Positions 12,305 through 24,249 of a stretch of DNA of 64,000 nucleotides are shown here, piece by piece. The notes below the pieces were generated by a model. That model was not told the DNA's origin. It searched no databases and saw nothing but the letters and a program-made list of their open reading frames with translations. Location of the stretch: contig NMRA01000263.1 in the NCBI GenBank assembly GCA_002633005.1, forward strand, positions 327,389 to 391,388. Reading direction: 5' to 3'. Made by a program: the position numbers and the translations under genes. Source of the DNA: Phoronis australis (Eukaryota > Animalia > Phoronida). Position 1 is the stretch's first letter, and every line of letters starts with the position of its first letter.

Positions 12305-15300
12305 TCAACTGGCTTCCATGGAATCTGTCTTTGATTTTAGGTATTCACTGTATTGCTCAGGTGTATTTTTAAATGTCTTGATTTTGTTCTTTATCTGTTT
12401 AGGTGTATCTTGGTAGTAGTTCCGTTGGTCTCGAGCCATTGCCTAAAATAAAGTAACAAGTCATATCTTGACAAATGATATACTTCTGCTGACTAGTTTG
12501 CTCTAAAACTTTTTGCACTTTATATACTGCTGTCTTGAAGTACTCGGCCAGCAGCTACTGATATGACTGAAGTTCCAGCGTCCAGTTGAAGTTGGGGATG
12601 CATTCCTGGCTAGTTGAAAGTAAGTCACTCGGAAGTAACATTTCCTTTGTTGCAGAGGTTATAGAAAGTAGTAGTTAGTGCGCACATGCATCTACCATAG
12701 GATTAAGTTGAGCACACCATTATGAAAAAATTTAGGATGCCCATACCACTCGGAAATTCAACTTGTTCACACCAAATTTTTGGTTATCTCGAAAAATCAA
12801 AAAATTTATAGACCAAACCACAAATTAGAACATTTAGACACACTATGTACTAAACAAATCACACGCTAGAACATTTAAATACAGTCACCTTATAGTCTTC
12901 ACCATACTTGTCCATCATGTAAATGCAGTATCTCATCTCAGGTTGTGACAAGCGAAGAGTTCTCTTTTGTGGAAGACTGGCTTCTGCTTCAAGTTCTGCA
13001 CAAGTAAAGAATACAGCACTTAGAGACACCTGTTGGTGCTTTACGAATTATAACCATTGAAATAAGTTGCAAGTGGCATTCTTTACAAAAAGAATGTTAA
13101 CTTCTTACCTTGTACCACCCAAGAACTTCTCTGTTTTATCTCGTTTATTTCCATTTCCTCCACATTGGCACTGATCATCTGATTCTGAAAAAGTAAGATT
13201 CAGTGAAAACACTACACGAATATGGGTCACTGTGAACTTCTGGAACCTATCAGACAGTGTTCACCCAGATAGAAGCCCATCACAGAAGCCCACTCTTTCG
13301 TATTCACATGCTTAGTTGCATGTGCCAGGAGCACCTGATAGCATGCACCTGCTAGCATGCACCTAAGCCAGTAAACCTCATTTTGCTACAGCAGAAGCTC
13401 AGTTTTCACAGTTCTCCCAATAGTTCATTACCTACAAATAAAAACTCATACATACAATCAGCAATGTCAATCATTTAAACAAAAATATGACGGATGATTA
13501 TCTTTTATATAAACCACATATTCATTAATATTTTGTTCAAAGGCATCTTGTGCTGAGTTTGCAACATTTATCAATTCATGTGTATTATCCAGGTGTTGGC
13601 CTGTGATTCCATGTCTGTGTACTATTCTTAAGGGCTGTGAGCATAAAATATAATAACTACATCAAGTGACATAGCATAAATCTGACATCAGCCAGTTTTA
13701 GCAATACAAATCAGACTCAATGTAAAGTCTGTGACAAACATAATACAGAATTGAGCTGAGTTTACCTGCCTAAACATGTAGGTGCCTCATCATCTAGAGT
13801 TTTGGCAGGGAACCAGCCAGACTTTGAATAAGCCTAAACACAATTAATGGAATTATAGAGATAGGAGAACCTACCTTAGTTTTAGGTAAAGGCAACGTTG
13901 CGTTGGGGTCATATGATAGGCCCATATCCAACATGTTCTGTTTTGTTGATTTTTTCTCATCCCATGCATTCTTTAATTGAGAACTGAAAAATGTAAGAGA
14001 TTCACCTCAGAAGCTAAAAGCACGGTGAGATGTTCTCTTTAAACTTCGAAGACACCGGGTATAATTTACGTGCTAAGCCATACCTCACTGTGAGAACATT
14101 CAGAAATACAACCAATTCAATACAAAGGCGCCATCTTATGGAACAGCCTTTCGGTACACTTCATGGAGTATACTGATCCAAATGTCTTCAACACACTGCT
14201 ACTTAGTAATGGACTGGATCCCAATTTTTGTAACTGAATGAAAGACTATTCGAAAAGAAATATTGATTGTGGGAGTGCTGGATGCTCAGCTTGACGCCCC
14301 CTTGCCAAATGCAACTTCGCAGAAATCCCAGGTTGCCAAACAAAATCTGACTGAGGTTGCCAAACTGACGTCGGAAGTCGCCGGGCATAAAATAAAAAAC
14401 GTGACACCGTTCTCAGAATAATTGAACAAACACGCAAACCTTCCATTTCTCCCCAAAAATATGCACCATTCTTTATGATTTTTTCCATCGCCAAACACAA
14501 TCTGAAGTTGCATTGGTTGGCTGCAGGTAGCCAAATCGAGTATTGATTTGTTTTGGATGGAAGACTCAAACTGCCTCCAAATGTGTTCATCTACATTGGA
14601 AAGGTACATACGGTGATTAAAATTTGATAGCTCCGTCAGGGTTAAGCAAACTTTGCAGAAAATCTTCCGGCGTGCAGGCTGCATAATTAGGTGCATCGCC
14701 TACCAGCCTACCACTAGTACGGCACCCTACGACAGTAAGTTCAATATAACAAAGTTTGGCTATACTTCAGGAGCAAGTTTTCGGATACATAGAACACGGC
14801 ATTAAGAAAATTATTAAGGATAATGTTAAAGTTTGCAAGCCTGATGATTATCGTGATGATATCATTTATTATCGGAATAGGAAGTCCTCCAACTTGGTCA
14901 TGACAAAATAACATTTCTAAAGCGAAAGTCCGCCCTGTTTCCCAGTGTAGTGTTGTTTATGAGTTTGTATGTCCTATGAACGAATGTCTTCGTTCAAATG
15001 TCAAACAATGTTATATTGGTCAAACGGTTTGCAGTCTTTCTCCTTGGTTATCTATGCATCTTCAAAATGGCGCCATCCAAGATCATTTTTTGCAATGTCA
15101 CGAATGTAAAATCACCCGTCGTGAAATTGTGGAAAGCACGTCAATTCGGTACGTAGAACACGATGTGCTGCTACTTGAAAGTATTAGAGTCCCTTTTGAT
15201 TGCATTTGAGAAGCCCATTTTGAATGAGCAGCCGCACGTTACACTTGTTTGAGCGACTTTCCGATGTTACCCCCTTTCATTAGTCATTCTTTGCAGTATT

Positions 15301-18300
15301 TCACACCTGCAGTGTCCCACTGTGTATGTCTCCAGCTTACGCTCTGTGGTGGCATTACTGTGTCATTTTATATTCAGTTGAAAATGAAACAAGTATGTTT
15401 CAAAACATCGTGTACCTTTTAATTATGTCGCTAGGTCAGTTACTTCATCTATGTTCCGTTGAGAGTAGAGTTTTATTCCGAAGATATGAACGAAACGGAA
15501 TAAAGACTGTTAACAATAAAAAGTGTCGTGTGTTCACAATCAATTCTGTATAACAAAGTTTGTGAGTATTTATTGACGAACAAGTCCAATTGACAGAAAC
15601 CGGAAGCCAAAGCAGTTTCCGGGGAAAAAACCTTAACGAACACAATGGCGTTATCACTTTCCTCTCCTCTGGTTACAATGGAAGCTAGAGAACAATACAA
15701 GACTAAAGGTAGGCCTAAGAAGTACAGTAGCTCGAACAATTTTTAAACCCGTAATAACAGTTGAAACAACAACGTAATAAACACTTACAACTAAGCGTAG
15801 TCTCTGTGTTATCCACCAAGGGAATAGAAACTTGATGAGAGAGTACACGGTCTACTGGTGCTACCCCATAATCCAATCACTATTGTGCCATGCAGTTTGT
15901 TGCTTAAAGTCACGATGTCTATAACTCTACACTTAGCCGTCCATCTGTAACTCATCAGTAATTTCCGTACTGTCCTTGATCTCGAACCATCAAAGTGCAA
16001 GGTACAGGGCTTGGAATGACCAATGACAAAAAACGCGGAAACTTGTATGGCCCAAATCATGCCCGATAAGCAGCCTTGAAATGATCAATGTGAACCTTTC
16101 CCCGACAAAAATCGGGAGGACTAAAAAAAAAAAAACGTTACCACCATCAGTAGCATGCGTCTGCGTCGTTTAGCTCGCCCGTCCACTCCCAACCCACACA
16201 TTTTTGGCTGCAGATCGGTAGTATTTGTCGCCGCGCTTAACAATAACACGAGACACCATTGAAAATCCCACCACGCTGTCCCAGATGCCCCGGCAATGTT
16301 GACAATTTACATTCCTCCGAAACATAAAGAGCAACTTCCGCTTTTCGAGGTGAACGTCGTCTGCAACGCCGCGGTAAGAAAGAGATTTGCCGCGGAAATT
16401 TTATATCAAATCCGATTTTTTTTACGCGGAAATATTATAAAAAAAGCGGAAAGCACATTTGAAAAAAGCAGAAATCCGCATTTCCGCGGAAAATTCCAAG
16501 CCCTGAAGGTACGTGTGGGCTTTTTGGGAACATTTTTGTGCTTTGACTATGAATTTCTTGTGGACTTTCTGGGGCAGAACACCATGAATGGTATTATAAG
16601 AGAGAACACTTGTTCATGGTTTGTTGAACCCGTTTCATGTAAATTGATTGAGTTATGTGTTTGATATGGATGGCTGAATCCAAGTACCCGTGGAATTTCT
16701 AGTCCCAAGTGTTATAATTTGTAGTATTATATGTAGTGTATTGGGGACGATCACAAGCTGAGGACGCCTGTGGACTACAGTTGCATTAGGCAACACGTAG
16801 CCCCTCGGTTGGCCATTAAGGGGCTATAGTACTTCAATTCGCTTTCTGTGCGCATTTCGTTACATGTATTTTAAACGGGCGGTAACCAAATCTGGTCACT
16901 GATTTTGAGATTTCACCTCATCAAAAATACATTCCACACCTAAAACTATTATTTAAAAAAGCGCTTACTTTCATCATTAGTTCTTACTACTTCTATAAAT
17001 ATTATATCTTCCATGAAGCTTAGTCAGGTCATGAACAGATCCATTACAACAAGAAACTATAGGAACACTGTATTTATCCACCTTCACACTTATCAGGCCT
17101 TTACTGTGAGTCAGCATGCGTGAATAATTGGTTGATAAGCCACCCGTAGAACTACTTTTGGCTGAATAGATGACCAGGCCCTAAAATGATAATTAGCTAA
17201 GACCAGTTAAATAATGCTGCATGAAATAGTTAATACCCCCAGGGCAATTTTTAAAAAATGGGCATCCTCTGCTAGTCTTTCGCCTAGAGCGTTTTAAAAA
17301 ACTGACCTGTGATTTTCTGGATTATGCAAACAATAAAATTCAAATTGCAACATTTTCATTTCTCCCATCCTTATAGGTTATGGAAACAAGCAAAAATTGG
17401 CAACAATCCGTACGTGCAACAAAAAAAACATCCCAGCATCACCTAGTCTTGGTGCAAAGTTGAAAACCCTTATTCGGCCTAATAAGCACCCAATTGTTTT
17501 AGGGGGAGGGTGCACTTGTTCTAGCCTAAGGCGGTTTAAGCCTGGTCTCCGAAACAAGTGAGATCGGAAGCTAGGATTCATCAAATTTACGCTCTATGAC
17601 GTATCTGTAACTTATGACAGTGTTTCAACAAAATTGTATTGCATTGGTATCAAACTTCGTTGCTAAATTACGATCATTTTTCAAAAAAAAAATGTGTTGA
17701 AATCACAGGGTGAAAACTTGCCGACTGATACGTCGCTGCCTCATGATCGTCGATAGGGCAAATTGAGTTCTTGAATAAAAATACAGTTTCGACTCAACAA
17801 ATTACCTGAAATTCTGCTTAAGCTTTCCAATTAGCGTCCCTAAGATTTTTAAGCTCCTGTGGAGTCGGGATTAACTGCAGATTAAGTCCAAACCTGCGCT
17901 AGATCGTACCCCGCAACCTGAGAAAATCTCTGGACAAACACACACATCGTTGTCACGTGACGTTTGTTTTGAAGTTTGTCTGGTCTGCATATGTATGAGC
18001 GAGCGAGCACGTGCGTGTCATCAGAGTAAACTCAATATAACAATCTAGGTGTGTATTGTAACTCGAGCAGTAAAACAGAACGTGTTTTATTTAGCACTTG
18101 CTGTCTCATCTGCTGTTCGAGAATTGTCTCGGTAAGGGTGACTGGATATGCGACAGCCTAACATATATTTTTCGAGAGATTCGGAGTGTTAGGGTGCCGA
18201 AGTCTTCACCATCAGTGGGTAATTTTGACTTTAAAAACACCAATCATAATTAACCAAGTAATTCCTCTTAAAAATAATGTAAAAGCTTTATACAGTATTA

Positions 18301-19305
18301 GAAACTTTCGGAAAACAGTGCGAATATTTATTTCAGCTGATGATGTGCTACCCGTTTCATGAATAGATTGTTTCCGACTAATATCTTCGATGACATGTAG
18401 CGCGCTGCCTGTCCACATGGTTCTAACACTGGTCAACTTTTTTACTACGAGATGACGAGTAGAACTACCCGGGTGGTGTGAAATTTTGGGGTCTAGCGGA
18501 GACACAGCGGTACCTGAAGACTATCATGTTTCTGTAAATAATAACGGCATATTCTAATTAAAAAGTTTCTTAATGTTCGCTGTACTTCAGGAAAATATCG
18601 ACAATATTTCCCGCAGATCCTGTGTTTTGTATTCATACGCACACTCGCAGTGAATCACATCTTGGAAATCTCAGATTTGACGGGATGACAATGAATGAGA
18701 ACAATGAAATTAAAAAACATCTTTTTAGAGCTTGTAATAGCTATAATAAACATATTTTTAATATTACAATGCATATGTCTACAAAATCTAAATAACACAC
18801 CGAGTAGGTCTACACTTATACTGTCCTAACTTGGGTCCTACATTTTTGTATTCGTGCGCACCGACTGAAAGTAATCGCGAGTGTTGCAAAATCTCTTATC
18901 CTGGGCTGACTTGCTTGAAAAATTTAAAATTGTACCAACATTTTGTAGGCTACAAGTACAATAAGCGCCCCTCTTCCGAAACAAATTTTTCTAAGCGCCC
19001 TAAGCGCTTATTAGGGCAAATACGGTAGCCCTAATAGATGGTGACATCAACACACGAAACGATGATTTTAGTGACATTGGCAGCAAGTTTTTGGTAACAC
19101 ACACAAACCACCGGACGCCTGAATTTCAGTCTTCTGACTCACTCGCCCAGCTGGCGAGCGGGGTTTTGAAACCTGGGTATATCCCTGATATGCGATTAAC
19201 TTACCACCTTACTGTCGGCATCTTCTTTGAGTTCTTCCAAGCTTTTTTCCTATCTTTATTGTAGTTGTATTTCTTTATTTTGCTTCTTCGTCTGATTCTA
19301 GCCAT
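12305..19305 (-). CDS. NOP16: nucleolar protein 16, spliced
   Basis: Exons (minus strand) 19305-19205 (MARIRRRSKIKKYNYNKDRKKAWKNSKKMPTVRC), 13983-13875 (SQLKNAWDEKKSTKQNMLDMGLSYDPN), 13184-13109, 12995-12889 (ELEAEASLPQKRTLRLSQPEMRYCIYMMDKYGEDYK), 12442-12305 (AMARDQRNYYQDTPKQIKNKI...stop). Contains hallmark Nop16 motifs; all phases match. Confidence 0.95.
14780..15412 (+). mobile_element. degenerate Penelope-like retroelement 3' fragment (GIY-YIG endonuclease)
   Basis: Broken translation KKIIKDNVK...IIYYRNRKSSNLVMTK, then VVYEFVCP..C....CYIGQT..LS..LSMHLQNGAIQDH, typical of the PLE linker plus GIY-YIG domain, with stops and frameshifts. A decayed hammerhead-like motif lies downstream at 15375-15412. 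Confidence 0.75.
16005..16505. mobile_element. ~500-bp MITE, CAGGGCTTGGAA TIRs, 6-bp TSD
   Basis: TIR CAGGGCTTGGAA...TTCCAAGCCCTG, flanked by AAGGTA on both sides. Near-identical copies in the opposite orientation at 57710-58202 and 58485-58964, and an end fragment at ~40270. Confidence 0.9.
16786..16993 (+). repeat. dispersed ~200-bp repeat (copy 1)
   Basis: Clearly alignable to 19852-20053 (ttaggcaacacgtagc...ttaaacgggcggta...aaaaatacatt...aaaaaagcgcttactttcatca). Confidence 0.7.
17468..19025. mobile_element. non-autonomous Tc1/mariner-type (Tc2-like) element
   Basis: Imperfect TIRs CCTTATTCGGCCTAATAAGC...GCTTATTAGGGCAAATACGG followed by TA. The first ~900 bp align with 37792-38780. Confidence 0.7.
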
Positions 19306-19625
19306 TCTTGTTTCAGTACTCGTGGGAACGTACCGGAAGCTGCAACTATTGAGATAGCCAGTCAATTCTCACAATATTTGTCGCATTCAAATTGATTGAT
19401 ATATTTGGAATAAAAACCAGCTAATGAGAAATGCTTGTTAAAAAAATTCGAAATATTGCCTCATTATGAAGTCAAAAATCAACTTTAAAATGAAATTAGT
19501 GAATATTTAATAGAAATTTAGAACTGAATACGAAATTATATGTTGAGATGTATTTCATCTGACCTACAAAAACAGAAATCATGACCAGTGTGACCGCTGA
19601 AAACACTTCCAAAGAAAGTTCTAAC
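19306..19625. promoter_or_regulatory. bidirectional promoter region NOP16/HIGD2A
   Basis: Divergent ATGs at 19305 (-) and 19626 (+). ETS-like ACCGGAAG at 19332-19339. Confidence 0.65.
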
Positions 19626-21464
19626 ATGTCGAGCGAAGAGTTTAGCTATCTTCCTCCGCCAAGTGCTGCAGAGATGTACAGACAAGAAGGAGTGTCGGAA
19701 AAGTTTTGGAGGAAGACGAAACAAAATCCATTTGTTCCTCTTGGTCAGTTGGTAAACGAACATTTATCACAACTGCGTTGTATACTAGTTACGAGATAGA
19801 TCAGAATTCAGATTGTGTAATTTATTAATGATACCAGAACCAGTTACGGACTTAGGCAACACGTAGCCTCTCGGTTGGGCGGTTAGGGGCTACAAAACTT
19901 CCCATTGCTTTCTGTATGAATATCGTCCCGTGTACTTTAAACGGGCGGTAGGCCAAATCCAGTCACCGATTGAGAGTTTTCACTTCGTCAAAAATACATT
20001 CTTCAGTATGACTCAAAAAAGCGCTTACTTTCATCAGTGTTCCTTTCTACTTCAACACTTATCTGATGATAGCTATGACAGGTAACTTTGACGAAGAATT
20101 CAAACTCCACTTTTTGGTCATCGTTAACTTTTTCCCCCACATGCGCAATAACCACAAAGTATTTCAACTGAGTCGCGCGAGTTAGGCGCAAAGGCTAGCT
20201 TGAGACTGAGTGAAGCACGTGACGCTGATTGGCGTGACACTTAGCATGGGAAGGTGTCACGTGAGATTTGTGTCCCTTGGACTTTTTGTTCGTCGACATG
20301 CGTGATTTCACGTAACTTCCACAAAATGGCACCCGGTAAGAGAAACTCGAGCAAACCGTGACAGATTTTCATCGATTTGTTCAAATTATCTCGACTGAAT
20401 TGTCTCCATACTTATGGTATGTGTTAATTATCACTTTATGTGCATATATGCATTTTTCATTTGATTTTATTTCCTGTATTTTGAAATTTGTAACTTTTTG
20501 TTGGTATTTACTATCACCCCTGTATGCCTGCAGCATCCACGTGATGTAATTACCTATGCCGTATTAAGCAATTGTGGTGCCTAGTCAAAGCGCGTTGCCC
20601 CTTCCCATTTGCTCATGCAGCGAATATCTCAAAGTAAAGGCAAAGTTATGTGTAATTTTCACTTATGAGAAGGAAGCCAATTGAGACCGCTTCGATATGA
20701 TGAGACCTTGTACTTGGCAATGCTAGCTGTAGACAGTGCCACCGTCTCGACTGGCTGTCAGGACGGTGAAACTTCTGTTAGGCACTTCATACGCTTTTCG
20801 GCGAATTATGCCTCACATCGATTAAAACATCAAAATCATATTATTACATGAAGGGACACCTTAGGAGGCTATCGATGTCTTTAATTCCTTCCACTGGCAA
20901 CTTGAACAAATACTCCTTATAATCAAACTTTTCTGCGCGGCTCTGGTCAGTTGCCCAAGTCGGCAGTTGGCCATTTTTAACACAGGAGATATGATGTCAT
21001 ATGTTTTTGTGCTATGCATGAGATGTGATGTTTTTGTAGGAATAATGGGTAAATGCGTCTTGTCTAAATAAATAAATGTCATTTATTGTACACCATAGGC
21101 TTTGCTTACACATACATAAATACATTAATTCAAATGTATATTCATAGTATTACACAGAGGGCAGTTCTTCTCTTAAAGCCATAGCCTTCTGAATATACAA
21201 TGCAAGGCGCTGGATACTGTAGTGATTTTTCTGTTGGAATAACCTAACAAGAGAAGAACAGTTCTTTGAACATTTTGCTTTTAGCTGCTTTTACTATTCA
21301 CAGGTTTGACAGCTACAGTGCTGGCTTTAAGTGTCGGACTTTGGCAAATGAAAACGGGAGACAAGAGAATGTCTCAATTAATGATGAGATCACGAATTGT
21401 TGCTCAAGGATTTACTGTAGTAGCCGTTCTTGCTGGAGTCGTATATGGCGCAAACAAGCGGTAG
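19626..21464 (+). CDS. HIGD2A: HIG1 domain family member 2A-like mitochondrial protein, 2 exons
   Basis: Exon 19626-19743 (MSSEEFSYL...EKFWRKTKQNPFVPL; an in-frame upstream ATG is at 19581) plus exon 21304-21464 (GLTATVLALSVGLWQMKTGDKRMSQLMMRSRIVAQGFTVVAVLAG..stop). Has the HIG1 type-2 signature SQ.MMR.R..AQGFTV. Confidence 0.92.
19852..20053 (+). repeat. dispersed ~200-bp repeat (copy 2)
   Basis: Diverged direct copy of 16786-16993. Confidence 0.7.
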
Positions 21465-22222
21465 ATGGAAAAGACTTCGTAGAAATATGGATACTGTGAA
21501 GTGACAGTCAGAAACAAGATGAAAATGAAGTTTGCCAAAGACTGTTTTAATGCTACCACGACAGTAATATAGCTTCCGTAAATTCAGTTGTTTATTCTCT
21601 TTCTCTGTACTCCCTTGTAGTGATCAGTCAAGCCCACTTTGGCCTGCTATTAAAAGCCCTCATTGGCCTTGAATGAAGCAAACTTTTGATGTAGACTGGT
21701 AACCATTATAAAAGTGGCTTTAACTCCTTGCAGCGGAGAAGTGATTTGAGGGCTTAAAAAGAAAACTAGGAGTTCATATTTGCTGAAGATCCGGTTCGGC
21801 CAATAAAGCAACCTGTCGTGATGAGCCAACTCGATGTTTTCACAGAAGACATGAGTTTGTGTTGCTGCTTGAAGTAACTTAACGTTACTTTCAAGCTCAT
21901 TAAAATTTCATGGATTACATTCTCGTTAAACTTGTTTTTGAGGTAGTTAGATAAAAGTTCATGAAGAGCTTGACCGGTGAGAAATGTTTTAATAAGATGT
22001 AGCATCCTGTTGTTTTTATTGTACATTATTTATTTATTGCAATTAAAAATAACATACTATGAAATGAACATGCGGTCTTATGTTTTGAGTTGTGTTGTTT
22101 CCCTCATAGCGTTGTCAGTATGAACACTTCCAAACGTAGTTTTCTGTGAGATTTTTCATAGTTTGTTTTACCGGAGAATTGTTTTCTAGCATAAGGTGAA
22201 TCTTGTTTGCAGCATAACCATC

Positions 22223-24249
22223 TTTGATGCGCCCACATATTTATATGTGGACGCATTACGCTGTCTTCTCCATCCGTCCGGTGTCCGCTGCTCTATCTCC
22301 AAAACCCTTTGACATGTGGTCATGAAATTTGGCACATGTGTTCTTTTCATGGATAGGACGGCATGAGTGAACTTTCTTACGGATTCAACTACCGGTGTGC
22401 CCTCTAGTGGCAATTTATTTTTTTCGCTTCATAACCTACTTCATAGCAGTGCATGGTTAAATTGAAAACAGGATTTTTTCAGAAGACATTACTTAATTTG
22501 TGTAGCTTCTTGAAGTAACTAAAGGTTACTTTCAATTTCCTTAAAATATCATGGATTGCAGGCATTCAACTAGTTTCTCAGGTAGTTAGATGAAAGTTCA
22601 TGAAGATCTTGGCCGATGAGAAACGTTTTAACAAGATGTAGCATCATGTTGTTTTTGTTATGCATTATTTATTTATTACAATTAAATATAGCATGCTATG
22701 AAATCAACTTGCTGTCCTATGTTTTGAGTTCTGATGTTTCCCTCGTGTAAAAACTTCCAAACATAATTTTCCGTGAGACTTTTCATAGTATTTGTTTTGG
22801 AAATAGTTTTCTAGCATATGAATTATATGAATTATGTTTGCAGCATAACCGTTTCCTTGAAACTAGCATTTTAGAAGAATTTTCAACTGTACAAATTACT
22901 CCAATTCATATAGTCCATCAGCCCGTTGTATTTTTTCGTTACTCAGTTTTTAGTTTGTGGGGCTGAAAATTTTTGCAGTTCTGTGATGGTTTTCACAAGT
23001 TACAGCCTAGCGAGATGGACAGTGTTGCCAGACTACACGTCGAACGAAGAGTTTAGCTATCTTCCTCCGCCAAGTGCTGCAGAGATGTACAGAAAAGGAG
23101 TGGCGGAAAAATTTTGGAGGAAAACAAAACAAAATCCATTTGTTCCTCTTGGTCAGTTGGTAATGAAAAATTTATCACAACTGTTTTGTACTACGGTAGT
23201 TACGAGATCAGGATTCAGACTGTGTAATTATTATGATACTGGTACCAGAACCAGTGCCGGATTAAGGAATTGTGGCACTCGTAGCATTAGTCGAAGCGCT
23301 GGTCCCCGACTCATATGGTCACTGGGCAATGTTAGCTGTAGACAATGCCATCATCTCGACTGACTGTCGGGACGGTGACACTTCTATAGCCATAGACACT
23401 TATACACTTTTCGGCGAATTATGCCTCACACCGATCAAATCATAAAAATCACTTTATAATTGTTTATTTTTGTGCCCATGGCTGTATCACCTAAACATTC
23501 TACAGGATCTTTATTATATGAAGCAAATGTGTTCATATGAAGTTAACAACAGAAGACTATGACTTTCAGATGGGTCCGACTAACACTGCCCTCTAGTGGT
23601 AATTTCATTTTTTCTGTTTTCCTGTTTCTCTGAAGTTCCTCGACGAATTATCATGAAATTTTTTAAAGTAGCTTTCTTTTAAAGAAATGGTGACATTCTC
23701 CGGTTTTCAGATGGATTCAACATATTTTTCGCCATCTAGTGGCCATTTTTACTCATCTGTTTTCTAGTCTATTTGCTGTCTACCCTCTTTTAACCAAACC
23801 ACTTTTAGGATGATTGTGAAAATTGGCTTATATATTGTTCGTGTGAAGAGGATGATTGACCATGATTTTCCTTCTTCAATTACTGTGGCGCCTCCTAGTG
23901 GCAGTTTTTTCGCACCCTTAGCTGTATATCTCCTGTCAAAAGCCCTCTGCAGAATGTTTATTAAATTTAGCAAGTGTTTTGATATCTTCCGTTGACAACT
24001 TTCAGACGGATCTGATGAACCTTTGTCCCCTAGTGGCAATTTCATTTTTTTCCATTTTGCTAAAGTTTCTTGACGGATTTTCATGAAATGTGGTAAATAG
24101 CTTTTTGTTAAAAAAACGGTGACATTTCAAGTTTTTTGATGGATTCAAAATATTTTGTACTATGTAATGGCTATTTTTATGATACAAATCAATCACACAG
24201 TTTGCAGTGCATTCGTGGGCGCATTTCAACGCTCCGCGTTGCTCTTTTT
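22223..24249 (+). mobile_element. Helentron-associated (HINE / DINE-1-like) element with internal host-derived insert
   Basis: 5' subTIR ATGCGCCCAC (22227-22236) with adjacent inverted copy GTGGACGCAT (22247-22256), CCGTCC-type tract, internal ~145-bp tandem subunits, 3' subTIR GTGGGCGCAT (24215-24224), stem-loop CAACGC-tcc-GCGTTG (24227-24241), then a T run. Confidence 0.7.
23037..23151 (+). pseudogene. duplicated HIGD2A exon 1 (pseudo-exon)
   Basis: Translates TSNEEFSYLPPPSAAEMYRKGVAEKFWRKTKQNPFVPL. ATG is changed to ACG, there is a 3-nt deletion, and the donor GTCAGT is retained. Intron-1 homology continues to ~23450. No exon-2 copy is present in the window. Confidence 0.85.

Noticed and set aside
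13486-13558. Possible intronic C/D-box snoRNA in NOP16
   Set aside because: Only a degenerate C box (ATGATTA) and a CTGA; no terminal stem or recognisable rRNA guide.
16296-16664. 122-aa ORF with a partner at 58461-58691
   Set aside because: Lies in a 500-bp MITE, has no transposase motifs, and the frame is not conserved between copies.
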